Source: Oceanicaulis sp. (GTDB lineage Bacteria; Pseudomonadota; Alphaproteobacteria; Caulobacterales; Maricaulaceae). Taken from it: a stretch of 64,000 bases of DNA. Position 1 is the first letter of the stretch, and each line of letters begins with the position of its first letter. Below are positions 10,665-19,490 of the stretch, one piece after another. The notes beneath the pieces were generated by a model, which saw only the letters and a list, made by a program, of their open reading frames with translations, had not been told where the DNA came from and did no database searches. The stretch covers positions 132 through 64,131 of the forward strand of contig JANQMI010000214.1 of the NCBI GenBank assembly GCA_028280165.1. The letters are read 5' to 3'. Both the position numbers and the translations under genes were made by a program.

Positions 10665-11081
10665 TTATGGCTCCTGGGAAGAGACACACCGGTGCTTAAA
10701 GCAGAGGCGGTAATGCAGGTTTAACGAAGATCCGGGCTTCCCCCAAGAAAGCCCTGTGATTGATACTTGCGGGAGTCACAATGCGAATGGCTTTCCACGG
10801 CCTGTCTTTTTGGTAATTCAGGCAGGATTTGCAGGCGATGGTGGATAAACTGCAGCCAGATGCGGAAATTGCCGCACATACGCCTTTCGATCTGCCGAGC
10901 AGCCGCGCATTCCTTCGCGTGATTTGCCTGGGTCACCGCGAAAAATCACCGGGCGTTTGATGTTGCCCAAGGCCAGCCGCGTGATGCGGCGTCCTTCTGC
11001 GGGGTGTGGGCTGAGCCCAATCTGATATCTCGACAAGCTGACCCAACCCCGCCCATGCTCGGCTTTGAGTGGAGGGACATC

Positions 11082-11987
11082 ATGGATGCAGCGGCGCTAG
11101 ACGCGGTGCGGATTGATCTGGCACCTGGAGCGAGCGTGATCATGCCGATTGTGCTGGCCGTCATCATGATGTCGGTCGCGCTCAATCTTCACCTGTCTGA
11201 TTTCAAGATCATCAAGCGCGAACCCTGGCGGTTCGCCGGGGCGGCGACGCTGCAGCTCCTGGGGCTGCCGCTGCTGACATTGGGGCTGGTTCACCTGATC
11301 GATCCGATCCCGTCGATCGCGCTGGGCATGATTGTGGTGTCCTGCTGCCCCGGCGGAAATGTGTCGAATTTCTTTACCCATCTGGCTCGGGGCGACACGG
11401 CCCTTTCGGTCGCGTTGACCGCGACATCCAGCCTGTTTGCGGCGCTCCTTACACCGGTTTCGATCCTGTTTTGGACCAGTCTTTACGGGCCGGCTAATGC
11501 GCTCGTCAGCGAAATCAGTGTCGACCCTTGGGCCTTCGTCCTTCAAACGACGGTGCTATTGGCCGTACCGCTGGCGATTGGAATGGGCCTGGCCCACCGC
11601 TTTCCGAAGACCGCTGCGCGTATCCGCCCCGGCTTCATGGTTGCGGCCATTCTGGCGCTAACCTTTCTCGTCATAGGCGGTCTGGCGTCGAACTGGGAGA
11701 TTTTCACCGGAACCGCGCTGCTGGTCCTTGGCATCGCCATCGGACACAATGCGGCGGCCTTTGCCTTGGGGGCCATCGGCGCACGCCTGATGGGAATGGA
11801 AGCCAAGCAGCGCCGCTCGGTGACCGTTGAGGTGGGGATCCAGAATACCGGCCTGGCGCTGGTCATCCTGCTCTCCCAATTCGATGGATTAGGCGGTGCT
11901 GCCGCCATCACCGGGCTTTGGAGTGTCTGGCACCTGTTTGCCGGTGCCGGATTGACCGCCCTGTTCCGGTGGCGGTCTCATGCCTAA
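11082..11987 (+). CDS. Bile acid:sodium symporter (BASS) family transporter
   Basis: CCPGGNVSNFFTHLARGDTALSV and EVGIQNTGLA motifs, multiple TM helices; start re-chosen after RBS ggaggg. Confidence 0.9.
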   Translation: MDAAALDAVRIDLAPGASVIMPIVLAVIMMSVALNLHLSDFKIIKREPWRFAGAATLQLLGLPLLTLGLVHLIDPIPSIALGMIVVSCCPGGNVSNFFTHLARGDTALSVALTATSSLFAALLTPVSILFWTSLYGPANALVSEISVDPWAFVLQTTVLLAVPLAIGMGLAHRFPKTAARIRPGFMVAAILALTFLVIGGLASNWEIFTGTALLVLGIAIGHNAAAFALGAIGARLMGMEAKQRRSVTVEVGIQNTGLALVILLSQFDGLGGAAAITGLWSVWHLFAGAGLTALFRWRSHA

Positions 11988-11991
11988 CGGG

Positions 11992-12544
11992 CCTTCGAGA
12001 CGCGCTGCGCGCTCCTCGCCGATGAGGTGTTCGTCAAACTCCAACCGCCCTCATCCTGAGGAGTGAGCCCATGGCGAACGTCTCGAAGGACGCACCTCGC
12101 ATTGTGTTCGCCGCGAGGGGCAGGCTGTTATCCACACCACCACCGGCACCCGGTATACTGAGACCCTTTCTTTCCCATCCCTTCCTCTCTTTCCCGGCGA
12201 AGGCCGGGACCCAGAGATCACAAAATGCAGCGCTTGACGGCTCTGGGCCCCGACTTTCGTCGGGGAAGAGAAGTTTGTTTATAGACACCTCACTTTCGTC
12301 ATTCCCGCGCAGGCGGGAACCCAGAGCCGTCAAGCGCCGCGCCCTGCCATCCCTGGGTCCCCGCTTGCGCGGGGATGACGAGGAGGGGGTAGGCGCGCTT
12401 ATGTATTTTCATCAAGCACAAACGCCCCTCATCCTGAGGAGTGAGCCCTTGGCGAACGTCTCGAAGGACGCACCTCGCATTGTGTTCGCCGCGCGGGGAC
12501 GGTTGTTATCCGCACCACCGCCGGCACCCGGTATACTATGACCC
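11992..12544. repeat. Mosaic REP/BIME-like cluster: CTCATCCTGAGGAG..TCTCGAAGG units, two 84-bp REP doublets and a 119-bp direct duplication
   Basis: Doublets at 12187-12270 and 12297-12380; direct repeats 12048-12166 and 12426-12544 (offset 378, 9 mismatches counted by eye). Confidence 0.85.
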
Positions 12545-12582
12545 GCTCTTTGACATCACGAGCCTCTCTTCCGCGCCGTTTC

Positions 12583-12740
12583 AGGCCCGGAAACTCCCCG
12601 GTGATAGTCGTAATAGGAGACGAAATCCGGGCTTTGGTAAGAGTCCGTCCGGTCGGATATTCGCCCACCAAAAACCCCGATCTGGGAACCAGACCGGGGC
12701 TGTTGAGTGTCCGACGCCGTCAGGCATCGCAAGGCGAATA
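12583..12740. ncRNA. Candidate structured RNA-like element of unknown family
   Basis: Helices 12583-12591/12626-12634, 12652-12662/12705-12715 (11 bp with G-U), 12675-12685/12689-12699, and an alternative pairing 12658-12665/12733-12740. No known family recognised. Confidence 0.35.
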
Positions 12741-12845
12741 GCCGCCCACCGCCACCGGGCGTTCCTGGATCTTATGCATGCCCAGAATGCCGGACTGAGG
12801 CGCATTCAGGATCGAGCTGGACAGAAGCGAGCCATACACGCCCCC
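12741..12845 (-). pseudogene. sucB: Isolated 35-codon fragment of dihydrolipoamide succinyltransferase catalytic domain
   Basis: Minus strand reads [35 protein letters not shown], matching the SucB motif GGV(Y/F)[26 protein letters not shown]; no start and no rest of gene on either side. Confidence 0.8.
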
Positions 12846-12867
12846 TTGAGCCAAACCGCGCCTTGCG

Positions 12868-12882
12868 GTGAACTGTGTTCAC
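12868..12882. promoter_or_regulatory. Operator-like palindrome GTGAAC-N3-GTTCAC (site 1)
   Basis: gtgaac tgt gttcac, ending 20 bp before the ATG at 12903, just upstream of the RBS. Confidence 0.65.
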
Positions 12883-12902
12883 AAAATCAGGGGAGGATCG
12901 CC

Positions 12903-14687
12903 ATGGCTGACTATGATCTAAAGATCACCGGCGGCGTCATTTATTCAGGCGAGGGCGATGCGCCGGTCGCCGGCGATATCGGGATCAAGGCTGGCCGCAT
13001 CGTGGCGGTGGGCGAGGCGTCCGGCGATGCCACCGAAACGATTGACGCCAGTGGCTGCATCGTGACGCCGGGCTTCCTTGATGCTCACACCCATTATGAC
13101 GGCCAGGCCACCTGGGACGACCGGCTAGAACCCTCCATCAAACACGGTGTGACGACGGCGGTGATGGGCAATTGCGGGGTGGGTTTTGCGCCCGTACGGC
13201 CCAGTGATCATGAGCGCCTGATCAAGTTGATGGAAGGCGTGGAGGACATCCCTGGCACTGCGCTGGCTGAAGGTCTGACTTGGGAGTGGGAAAGCTTTCC
13301 CGACTATATGGACGCGTTGGAGCGTACCCCGCGCACCATGGATATCGCGGCCATGGTGGGCCACGATCCGTTACGCGTCTTCGTGATGGATGAAAGGGCG
13401 AGTTTTGACGCCCAGGCCACCGACGACGAAATTGCCAGGATGCGCGAGCTGGTCAATGAAGCGCTCGACGCCGGGGCGATCGGCTTTGCGACCGGACGCT
13501 CTGACCTGCATCGCACTGCCGATGGCGAATGGACTCCGGCCTCAGAAGCCACGGCCAAGGAGCTCGCCGGCATTGCCGAAGCCTTTAAGGGGCGCAGCCA
13601 TGGCGTGATCCAGGCGGTCAGCGATTTCGATCTGGAACGCGATGCGGAGAAATTCCCGGCCGAGTGGGCGGTGATCGAAGACTATGTGAAGGCGGCTGGC
13701 GGGCGGCCCTTCTCCATCTCGGTCATGCAGCGCGATTTCGCGCCCGACCAGTGGAAAAAAATCCTGACCGGTCTGGAAAAGCTCGATGCGGAGGGCTTCA
13801 CCGTGCGCGCGCAGGTTGCCCCGCGAGCGATTGGCGTTTTTCTGGGGCTGCAATGCACCTTCCACCCATTCATGGGGTATCCGGCCTATAAGGAAATCGC
13901 GCATCTGCCGCTCGATGAGCGTGTGGCGCTGATGAAGACGCCGGAGTTCAAAGCCAAAACGCTGGCTCAGACATCTGACAAGCTTGCGGGGCCGGGCAGC
14001 TCGATCCCACCGATTGCCGACATGCTGATCGAGGCCATGGAGTTTGCCGCTGAAAAGCTCTTCACCCTGTCCGAAAACCCTGATTACGAGCAGCCGCCGG
14101 AAAGCTCCATTGCCGCCAAGGCCCGCGCGCGGGGCGTGTCCGTGTGGGAACAGCTCTATGACACGGTCATCGACCGCGAAGGGCGGGAGCTCATCTACCT
14201 GCCGATCTATAACTATACCGAGCTAAGCTATGACAATGTCAAAGCCATGATGGACCATCCGCTGGCCATGATGGGTTTGAGCGATGGCGGAGCCCATGTG
14301 GGCACGGTGTGTGACGCCAGCTTCCCAACCTATCTGATGAGCTATTGGACCCGCGACCGCACCCGCGGCGACAAGATCTCCACCCAACGGGCGGTCCAGA
14401 TGCTAACCGCCGATATCGCTGATTATCTGGGCCTATCCGACCGGGCGCGCATCCGGCCGGGCTTGAAGGCCGATCTCAACGTCATTGATATGAACAAGCT
14501 GCGCCTGCACGCCCCGCGCCTGGTCCAGGACCTGCCTGCGGGCGGCCAGCGCTTGCTGCAAGACGCCGAAGGCTATCGCGCCACGATCGTGGCTGGCGAA
14601 GTTGTGGTGCGTGATGATGAAGTGACGGAGGCGAGGCCCGGACGGCTGGTGCGGGCCGGGCAGGAGAGGGCGGTGGCGGCGGAGTGA
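12903..14687 (+). CDS. N-acyl-D-amino-acid deacylase-like amidohydrolase
   Basis: TPGFLDAHTHYD, GVTTAVMGNCGVG, GLSDGGAH, PGLKADLNVID; RBS gggagg. The 5' extension in the ORF track is repeat sequence. Confidence 0.88.
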   Translation: MADYDLKITGGVIYSGEGDAPVAGDIGIKAGRIVAVGEASGDATETIDASGCIVTPGFLDAHTHYDGQATWDDRLEPSIKHGVTTAVMGNCGVGFAPVRPSDHERLIKLMEGVEDIPGTALAEGLTWEWESFPDYMDALERTPRTMDIAAMVGHDPLRVFVMDERASFDAQATDDEIARMRELVNEALDAGAIGFATGRSDLHRTADGEWTPASEATAKELAGIAEAFKGRSHGVIQAVSDFDLERDAEKFPAEWAVIEDYVKAAGGRPFSISVMQRDFAPDQWKKILTGLEKLDAEGFTVRAQVAPRAIGVFLGLQCTFHPFMGYPAYKEIAHLPLDERVALMKTPEFKAKTLAQTSDKLAGPGSSIPPIADMLIEAMEFAAEKLFTLSENPDYEQPPESSIAAKARARGVSVWEQLYDTVIDREGRELIYLPIYNYTELSYDNVKAMMDHPLAMMGLSDGGAHVGTVCDASFPTYLMSYWTRDRTRGDKISTQRAVQMLTADIADYLGLSDRARIRPGLKADLNVIDMNKLRLHAPRLVQDLPAGGQRLLQDAEGYRATIVAGEVVVRDDEVTEARPGRLVRAGQERAVAAE

Positions 14688-14694
14688 ACCCAGT

Positions 14695-14791
14695 CGCCAT
14701 CCCAAACTTGAATTGGGACCCAGTCAGCGCAGGCGCAGAGACTGGGTCCTGACTTTTCCTGATTTTCATCAGGACAGGCATCAGGATGACG
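14695..14791. repeat. REP doublet-like element between convergent genes
   Basis: cgccatcccaaacttgaattgggacccagtc...gactgggtcctg...catcaggatgacg; left arm resembles 49307-49335. Confidence 0.65.
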
Positions 14792-14854
14792 ATGGTGTGT
14801 GTTACCAATCCTCATCTCTTTGCCGGCTAAGACCGGAGATGAGAAATTGCCCCC

Positions 14855-15628
14855 CTAGCGCACATAACTCGCCCCGTTCACGTCAAACGTCGCGCCGGTC
14901 GCGCTGGGCGCGCCGCCGTCCAACAGGAAGGCGCAGAGCCGGCCCAATTCCTCGGGCGTCGCCATGTCGCCATAGGGCACTTCGGCGAGTGCTTTGGCGC
15001 GCTCTTTAGGGTCTTGCGGGGCCATTTCGGTATCAATCCAGCCCGGCGAGATGGCGTAGGCCAAAAGGCCTCGGCCCGAATAGGCGCGCGCGAATGTTTT
15101 GATCATGGCGATCATGCCGGCTTTTGAGGCCGCATAGGCGGGGTGCTCGAAATCGTCGCCGCGATGGGCCGCGCGCGAAGCGATGGCGATCAACGTGCCG
15201 CCATGCGCCTGGCCATCGCTGTCGCCGTCGACCCAATCGCGCAGGGCACAGCGGGCCAGGTCGGCTGCGCTTTGCAGATTCACCTGCAGGGTCCGCGTCC
15301 AGTTATCCCGCCAGGCTTCGGCGTCATCATGGACGCTGGCCCCTTCGAAAATGCCGTGATTGAGCACCAAGCCATCGAATCCGCCTCCGGCGGCATCGAT
15401 GGCGAAAGCCCAAGCCTCTTCGGCTTTGCCTGGAATGGCGAAATCAGCCTCGACCAGACCCACGACTTGGCGACGATTTTCCCAGGCAAAGGCTTCAAGG
15501 GCTTCGGTCCGCTTAGAAAACCCCATCACCACATCGGCCCCCGCGTTGAGCAGAGTCTGGGTGATGCCTTTGCCAGCGCCACGCGACGCGCCGGTGACGA
15601 AGATGGTTTGGTCGGCGAGGGCGGTCAT
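14855..15628 (-). CDS. SDR family oxidoreductase
   Basis: VTGASRGAGKGI, LNHG, YAASK, ISPGWIDT; start re-chosen at MTALADQ. Confidence 0.88.
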   Translation of the reverse strand: MTALADQTIFVTGASRGAGKGITQTLLNAGADVVMGFSKRTEALEAFAWENRRQVVGLVEADFAIPGKAEEAWAFAIDAAGGGFDGLVLNHGIFEGASVHDDAEAWRDNWTRTLQVNLQSAADLARCALRDWVDGDSDGQAHGGTLIAIASRAAHRGDDFEHPAYAASKAGMIAMIKTFARAYSGRGLLAYAISPGWIDTEMAPQDPKERAKALAEVPYGDMATPEELGRLCAFLLDGGAPSATGATFDVNGASYVR

Positions 15629-15700
15629 GTTTGGGGTCCTATAAAGGGGCCGTGGTGGCTGGAACATACCATCCGTCCCCATCGAGGGGAGGGACGGGCG

Positions 15701-18022
15701 TTAGTTCGCTGGGGTTAGCACCAACACCCGCGATCCTTCGGGCGCATCCGAGACACCCCAATCATCGCGGATCTCGAAATACTCGCCTCTGGCCCAGCGC
15801 TCGGTCAGGTTACCATGGTGGCGGGAAAGCGGATGCCCGCTTTGTCCTGGCGCATGCATGTAGAGCGAGTTGTTCAGGTCGGACAGGTCGTAAATCGCGC
15901 GCATCGAAGCGGCGTGGAACACGTCGTAGCTTCCCGATCGATAGCTGAAATGGGCGACATTCACCGTCGAGCCATCCCCCGGGATGCCCACTCGATTTTC
16001 AAACATGTCGCCAATAAAGGGTAGATCGCCGAAGGGATGATCGAAGTCGCCTTGATGAACGTCGCCCCAGCGCCAATCGTCGATATTGGCCCCGAAGGCC
16101 CCAGCGGTTTCAGCCATGGCCGCGTCCAGCGCCAGCCCTGCGGTCAACGCACAGGTTTCCATCTCGTCGGTGCGCACATCATCGCACCATGCCGTGGCCT
16201 CGCCCATCAGCACCTCTTCCAAAAAGGCCCTGCGAGGCTGGTTGAAGCTGCGGGCGGCTTCCGGGCCCAGCTCATCATTCCAGATTGAGGCCGACAAGAC
16301 GCGCAACCAGGCGGCCAGGACCAACGCCTCAGGGCCATCGGCGTCCATGGCTCCGTCCCAGCGCTCGAGGCGAGCGAGCGCCTCCACGCCCAGCTGGCTC
16401 TCCGGCTCAGCGGCAAACAGGGCTGGACGTAGGCGCGCGACTTGCTCGCTCACCACATCCATCTGCAGTGCGGCGAAGCTATCGAGCGAGTGCAGCGCCT
16501 GCGCCTCAAGCTGAGCCTCAATCCGCGGCGCGCGATAGACGCCGTAGCTGCCGGGCAGGGGATAGGGGTAGGCTTCGCCCGCCACCAGATTATTGCCCGA
16601 GGCAATTATTCCGCCGGCGGGATTGACCACGCGCGGCAAGGCCTCGAATGGCACAAAGCCAGTCCAGTCACCCGTCGCTTCATCGCGGATCGGCAACAGG
16701 CCTGCGGTCGTGTAGCCAATCGTGCCGTCCACATGGGCGAAATGCATATTCTGCATGGGCACAGTGTAACCGCGCGCAGCGTCAACAAAGGCGTCCCAGC
16801 TATCAGCCATCATTAGCTCGAAGGTGGCGTCCGCGCCGCGATTTCCAGGTTGATTGAGTGTGGAGCGCTGAATCACGGCCAGGTCTGGATGAAAGGGCGA
16901 CAGGTCGAACCAGTCTGTAGACAGGATCGGGCCCTCGACGGTTTCCTTCACTATGACCTCAACCGGATTGGCCATCCCCGCTACGTTGATCTCCTCAACC
17001 CGTTCGGTGATCTCCAGCGTGGCTGGATCACGCTCGACCAGATCGATGACATCAAAGCCGGTATTGGTGAACCCCCAGGCGATGGAGGCATTGCGGCCGA
17101 GGATAACAAAGGGGGCACCAGGTGCGGTCACGCCGATCACCGGACCGCTTTCGAGATTGAGGCGGGCATAATACCAGATCGAGGGTGTCGACAGGCCCAG
17201 ATGCGGGTCATTGGCCAAAAGCGGTGCTCCGGTTTCAGAGCGATCCGCGGACACCACCCAGGCGTTGGACCCAGGCAGATTGTCAGGCTGGGCGAGGGCT
17301 GGCGGCGGAGCGAGACTTTCAGTCTGAATGTCGCCAAAGCCAGCGCGGACATCCTCATCTTTTAGGGTGGTTGGGCCCCAGTCCGGATAGCCGGCCAGAA
17401 ATTGATCCAGCTGGGTTTCGTTCAGGATGTCCCGCAGACGCGCGCGCTCGATATCTGCGCCATCACCGGCGGCTAAATCGTCGGCAAAGCTGATCATCAC
17501 CGCGGCGGAATCGGTGATCGTCCAGTCTGCGGGAGCCTTGCGCAGTATCGCGTATTCAGGTGCGACACCACCTTCAGCCAGGCGCGCATTGACGCCCGCC
17601 ACATAGGCCTGCACGGCCGCGCGTGTCGGCCCCGACATGGTGTCCTGCAGGCGCTCGGACAGCTGGGCATAGCCCAGCGTGCGGGTGCGCGCATCGACGC
17701 GCAGATAGTCGGCTCCAAACAGCTCGGACAAGCGCCCGCGCACATAGCGGCGAATGAGATCCATCTGAAAGAAGCGTTCCGAGGCATGGGTGTAGCCCAG
17801 CGCGTGGAAGACTGCCGCATCGTTTTCGCCGAAGATATGCGCGACGCCGTTATCGTCGCGAACGATGTGTGCGGTGCCAGGCGCGGCCTCCAGGATCACC
17901 TCGCCGGACTCCTGCGGTTTCGACGCGTGAAAACGCTCCACAAGCCAACCCGCAGTCGCCGCAACACCGAGCACCAACACCGCTAGGACTGCCAGCCCGG
18001 CGCGCACCACCCAAGTCATCAT
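15701..18022 (-). CDS. Penicillin acylase family (Ntn-hydrolase) protein
   Basis: N-terminal TM helix; RDDNGVAHI, GYTHASERFFQMD, beta-chain start GSNAWVV, LLANDPHL, PGQSGHP. Confidence 0.92.
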   Translation of the reverse strand: MMTWVVRAGLAVLAVLVLGVAATAGWLVERFHASKPQESGEVILEAAPGTAHIVRDDNGVAHIFGENDAAVFHALGYTHASERFFQMDLIRRYVRGRLSELFGADYLRVDARTRTLGYAQLSERLQDTMSGPTRAAVQAYVAGVNARLAEGGVAPEYAILRKAPADWTITDSAAVMISFADDLAAGDGADIERARLRDILNETQLDQFLAGYPDWGPTTLKDEDVRAGFGDIQTESLAPPPALAQPDNLPGSNAWVVSADRSETGAPLLANDPHLGLSTPSIWYYARLNLESGPVIGVTAPGAPFVILGRNASIAWGFTNTGFDVIDLVERDPATLEITERVEEINVAGMANPVEVIVKETVEGPILSTDWFDLSPFHPDLAVIQRSTLNQPGNRGADATFELMMADSWDAFVDAARGYTVPMQNMHFAHVDGTIGYTTAGLLPIRDEATGDWTGFVPFEALPRVVNPAGGIIASGNNLVAGEAYPYPLPGSYGVYRAPRIEAQLEAQALHSLDSFAALQMDVVSEQVARLRPALFAAEPESQLGVEALARLERWDGAMDADGPEALVLAAWLRVLSASIWNDELGPEAARSFNQPRRAFLEEVLMGEATAWCDDVRTDEMETCALTAGLALDAAMAETAGAFGANIDDWRWGDVHQGDFDHPFGDLPFIGDMFENRVGIPGDGSTVNVAHFSYRSGSYDVFHAASMRAIYDLSDLNNSLYMHAPGQSGHPLSRHHGNLTERWARGEYFEIRDDWGVSDAPEGSRVLVLTPAN

Positions 18023-18042
18023 GTCAGCCCCCTAAAGCCGGT

Positions 18043-19476
18043 TCAGCCGCCCTGCAGCTTTTTGAAGAATTCAAACATCTTGCCATATGGCGGCTGGATG
18101 AGCCGGCTGGGGTGCCAGACCGGTGCCTCGAACACGGCGCGCTCATGGGTGAAGGTCAAAAAGCCGTACTCGCCATGATACGCGCCCTGGCCGGAATGAC
18201 CAACGCCGCCGAAGGGCAGGTCTTCGACAGACAGATGCAGCATCGGCACATTGACCGCTGCACCGCCCGACAGGGTTTTGGCCAGGAAGCTGCGCGCCGT
18301 CGTTGGCGACTTTGAATGAATGTAAAGCGCCAGCGGGCGTTCGCCCTGATTGATGTGTTTGGCGGCCTGGGTCAGACCATCGTGGCCGAGCACGGGCAGC
18401 ACAGGGCCGAATATCTCCTCCCGCATCAGCTGAAGGTCAGGCGACGGATTGATCACCACGGTGGGCGGGAAGAGGCGCGTATTGCCGGCTCTTGTGGCAT
18501 CGAAGTCCGCCTGCAGCACGGTGGCCCCGGAGTTGCGGGCTTCTTCGACCATTTCGCCCAGACGGGTGTGATGGCGCTCAGAGACAATGGCCGTGTAGTC
18601 GTCATTCTCTGCAACGTTCGGCCACATGCGATTGGCTTCGCGCATAATGGCCTCGCCAAAGCTGGCTTCAGAGCCGCGCGGGACCATGGCGTAGTCCGGC
18701 GCGACACAGGTCTGGCCGGCATTGAGGAATTTGCCCCAGGCGATGGTTTTCGCCGCTTCATCAAGATTGAAGTCCGGGGCCACCACGGTGGGCGACTTGC
18801 CGCCCAGCTCCAACGTCACCGGCGTCAGGTTCTCCGCTGCAGCCTTGGCGACGATCCGGCCCACATGGGTGGAGCCGGTGTAAAAGAGGTGATCGAAAGG
18901 CAGCGAAGAGAAGGCCGCCGCGACGTCAGGGCCGCCTTCGATAACGGCGACATGATCCTCGCTGAACAGGCCGCTCAGAGTCTCGAGCAATAGCTCCCCG
19001 GTCCGCGGGGTGAACTCCGAGGGTTTGATCATCACGCGGCAACCCGCCCCCAGCGCAGCCACCAGCGGGGCCAGGGCCAGCTGCATGGGATAGTTCCACG
19101 GCGCGATGATGCCAACGACCCCTTTCGGCTCGCGGCGCACATAGGCCTTACCCGGCACCAGCGTCATGGGCACCGGCTTGCGTTTGGTCGTGGCCCATTG
19201 GGTCAGGTGTTGGCGGGTGTGCTTGGCCGTGGCGATGGTGAAGCCGGTTTCGGCGACGGCGGTTTCGGAGTGGCTGCGCCGCGAGAAGTCGGCGTCGATG
19301 GCCTTGGCGAAGTCCTCCGCCCGGGCTTTGACCATGTCTTCGATTTTCTTCAGATCGGCCTTGCGCTGATCGATCGGGCGATGGCGTTCAGCTTCAAACG
19401 CGTCTTTCTGGTCAGAGAAGACGCGATTGAGGCGATCGATATCAGAGCTCGGGGCTTCGGCCAGTTCAGCAGTCAT
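18043..19476 (-). CDS. Class 3 aldehyde dehydrogenase (coniferyl-aldehyde dehydrogenase-like)
   Basis: IAPWNYP, FYTGST, LELGGKSP, NAGQTCVAPDY, EEIFGP, PFGGVGHSG. Confidence 0.92.
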   Translation of the reverse strand: MTAELAEAPSSDIDRLNRVFSDQKDAFEAERHRPIDQRKADLKKIEDMVKARAEDFAKAIDADFSRRSHSETAVAETGFTIATAKHTRQHLTQWATTKRKPVPMTLVPGKAYVRREPKGVVGIIAPWNYPMQLALAPLVAALGAGCRVMIKPSEFTPRTGELLLETLSGLFSEDHVAVIEGGPDVAAAFSSLPFDHLFYTGSTHVGRIVAKAAAENLTPVTLELGGKSPTVVAPDFNLDEAAKTIAWGKFLNAGQTCVAPDYAMVPRGSEASFGEAIMREANRMWPNVAENDDYTAIVSERHHTRLGEMVEEARNSGATVLQADFDATRAGNTRLFPPTVVINPSPDLQLMREEIFGPVLPVLGHDGLTQAAKHINQGERPLALYIHSKSPTTARSFLAKTLSGGAAVNVPMLHLSVEDLPFGGVGHSGQGAYHGEYGFLTFTHERAVFEAPVWHPSRLIQPPYGKMFEFFKKLQGG

Positions 19477-19490
19477 GGGTCAGCTCCTTT

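Noticed and set aside
10680-11050. Protein-like stretches (possible regulator remnant) between the hydrolase and the symporter
   Set aside because: Frames are interrupted by stops and no family motif could be supported.
12128-12136. DnaA box as evidence for a replication origin
   Set aside because: Only one perfect box, inside a duplicated repeat, with no box cluster, DUE or origin-associated genes.
12585-12632. Hammerhead-ribozyme-like look (GUGAUA-GUC...GAC-GAAA inside a stem)
   Set aside because: The core deviates from CUGANGA and there is no U-H cleavage triplet opposite GAAA. Kept only as part of the unknown structured element.
12675-12700. TPP-riboswitch-like GAUCUGG...CCAG hairpin
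   Set aside because: No CUGAGA element or P1-P3 architecture, and no thiamine gene downstream.
12441-12902. N-terminal extension of the amidohydrolase ORF in the track
   Set aside because: It reads through repeat DNA and the antisense sucB fragment; a strong RBS and the family N-terminus start at 12903.
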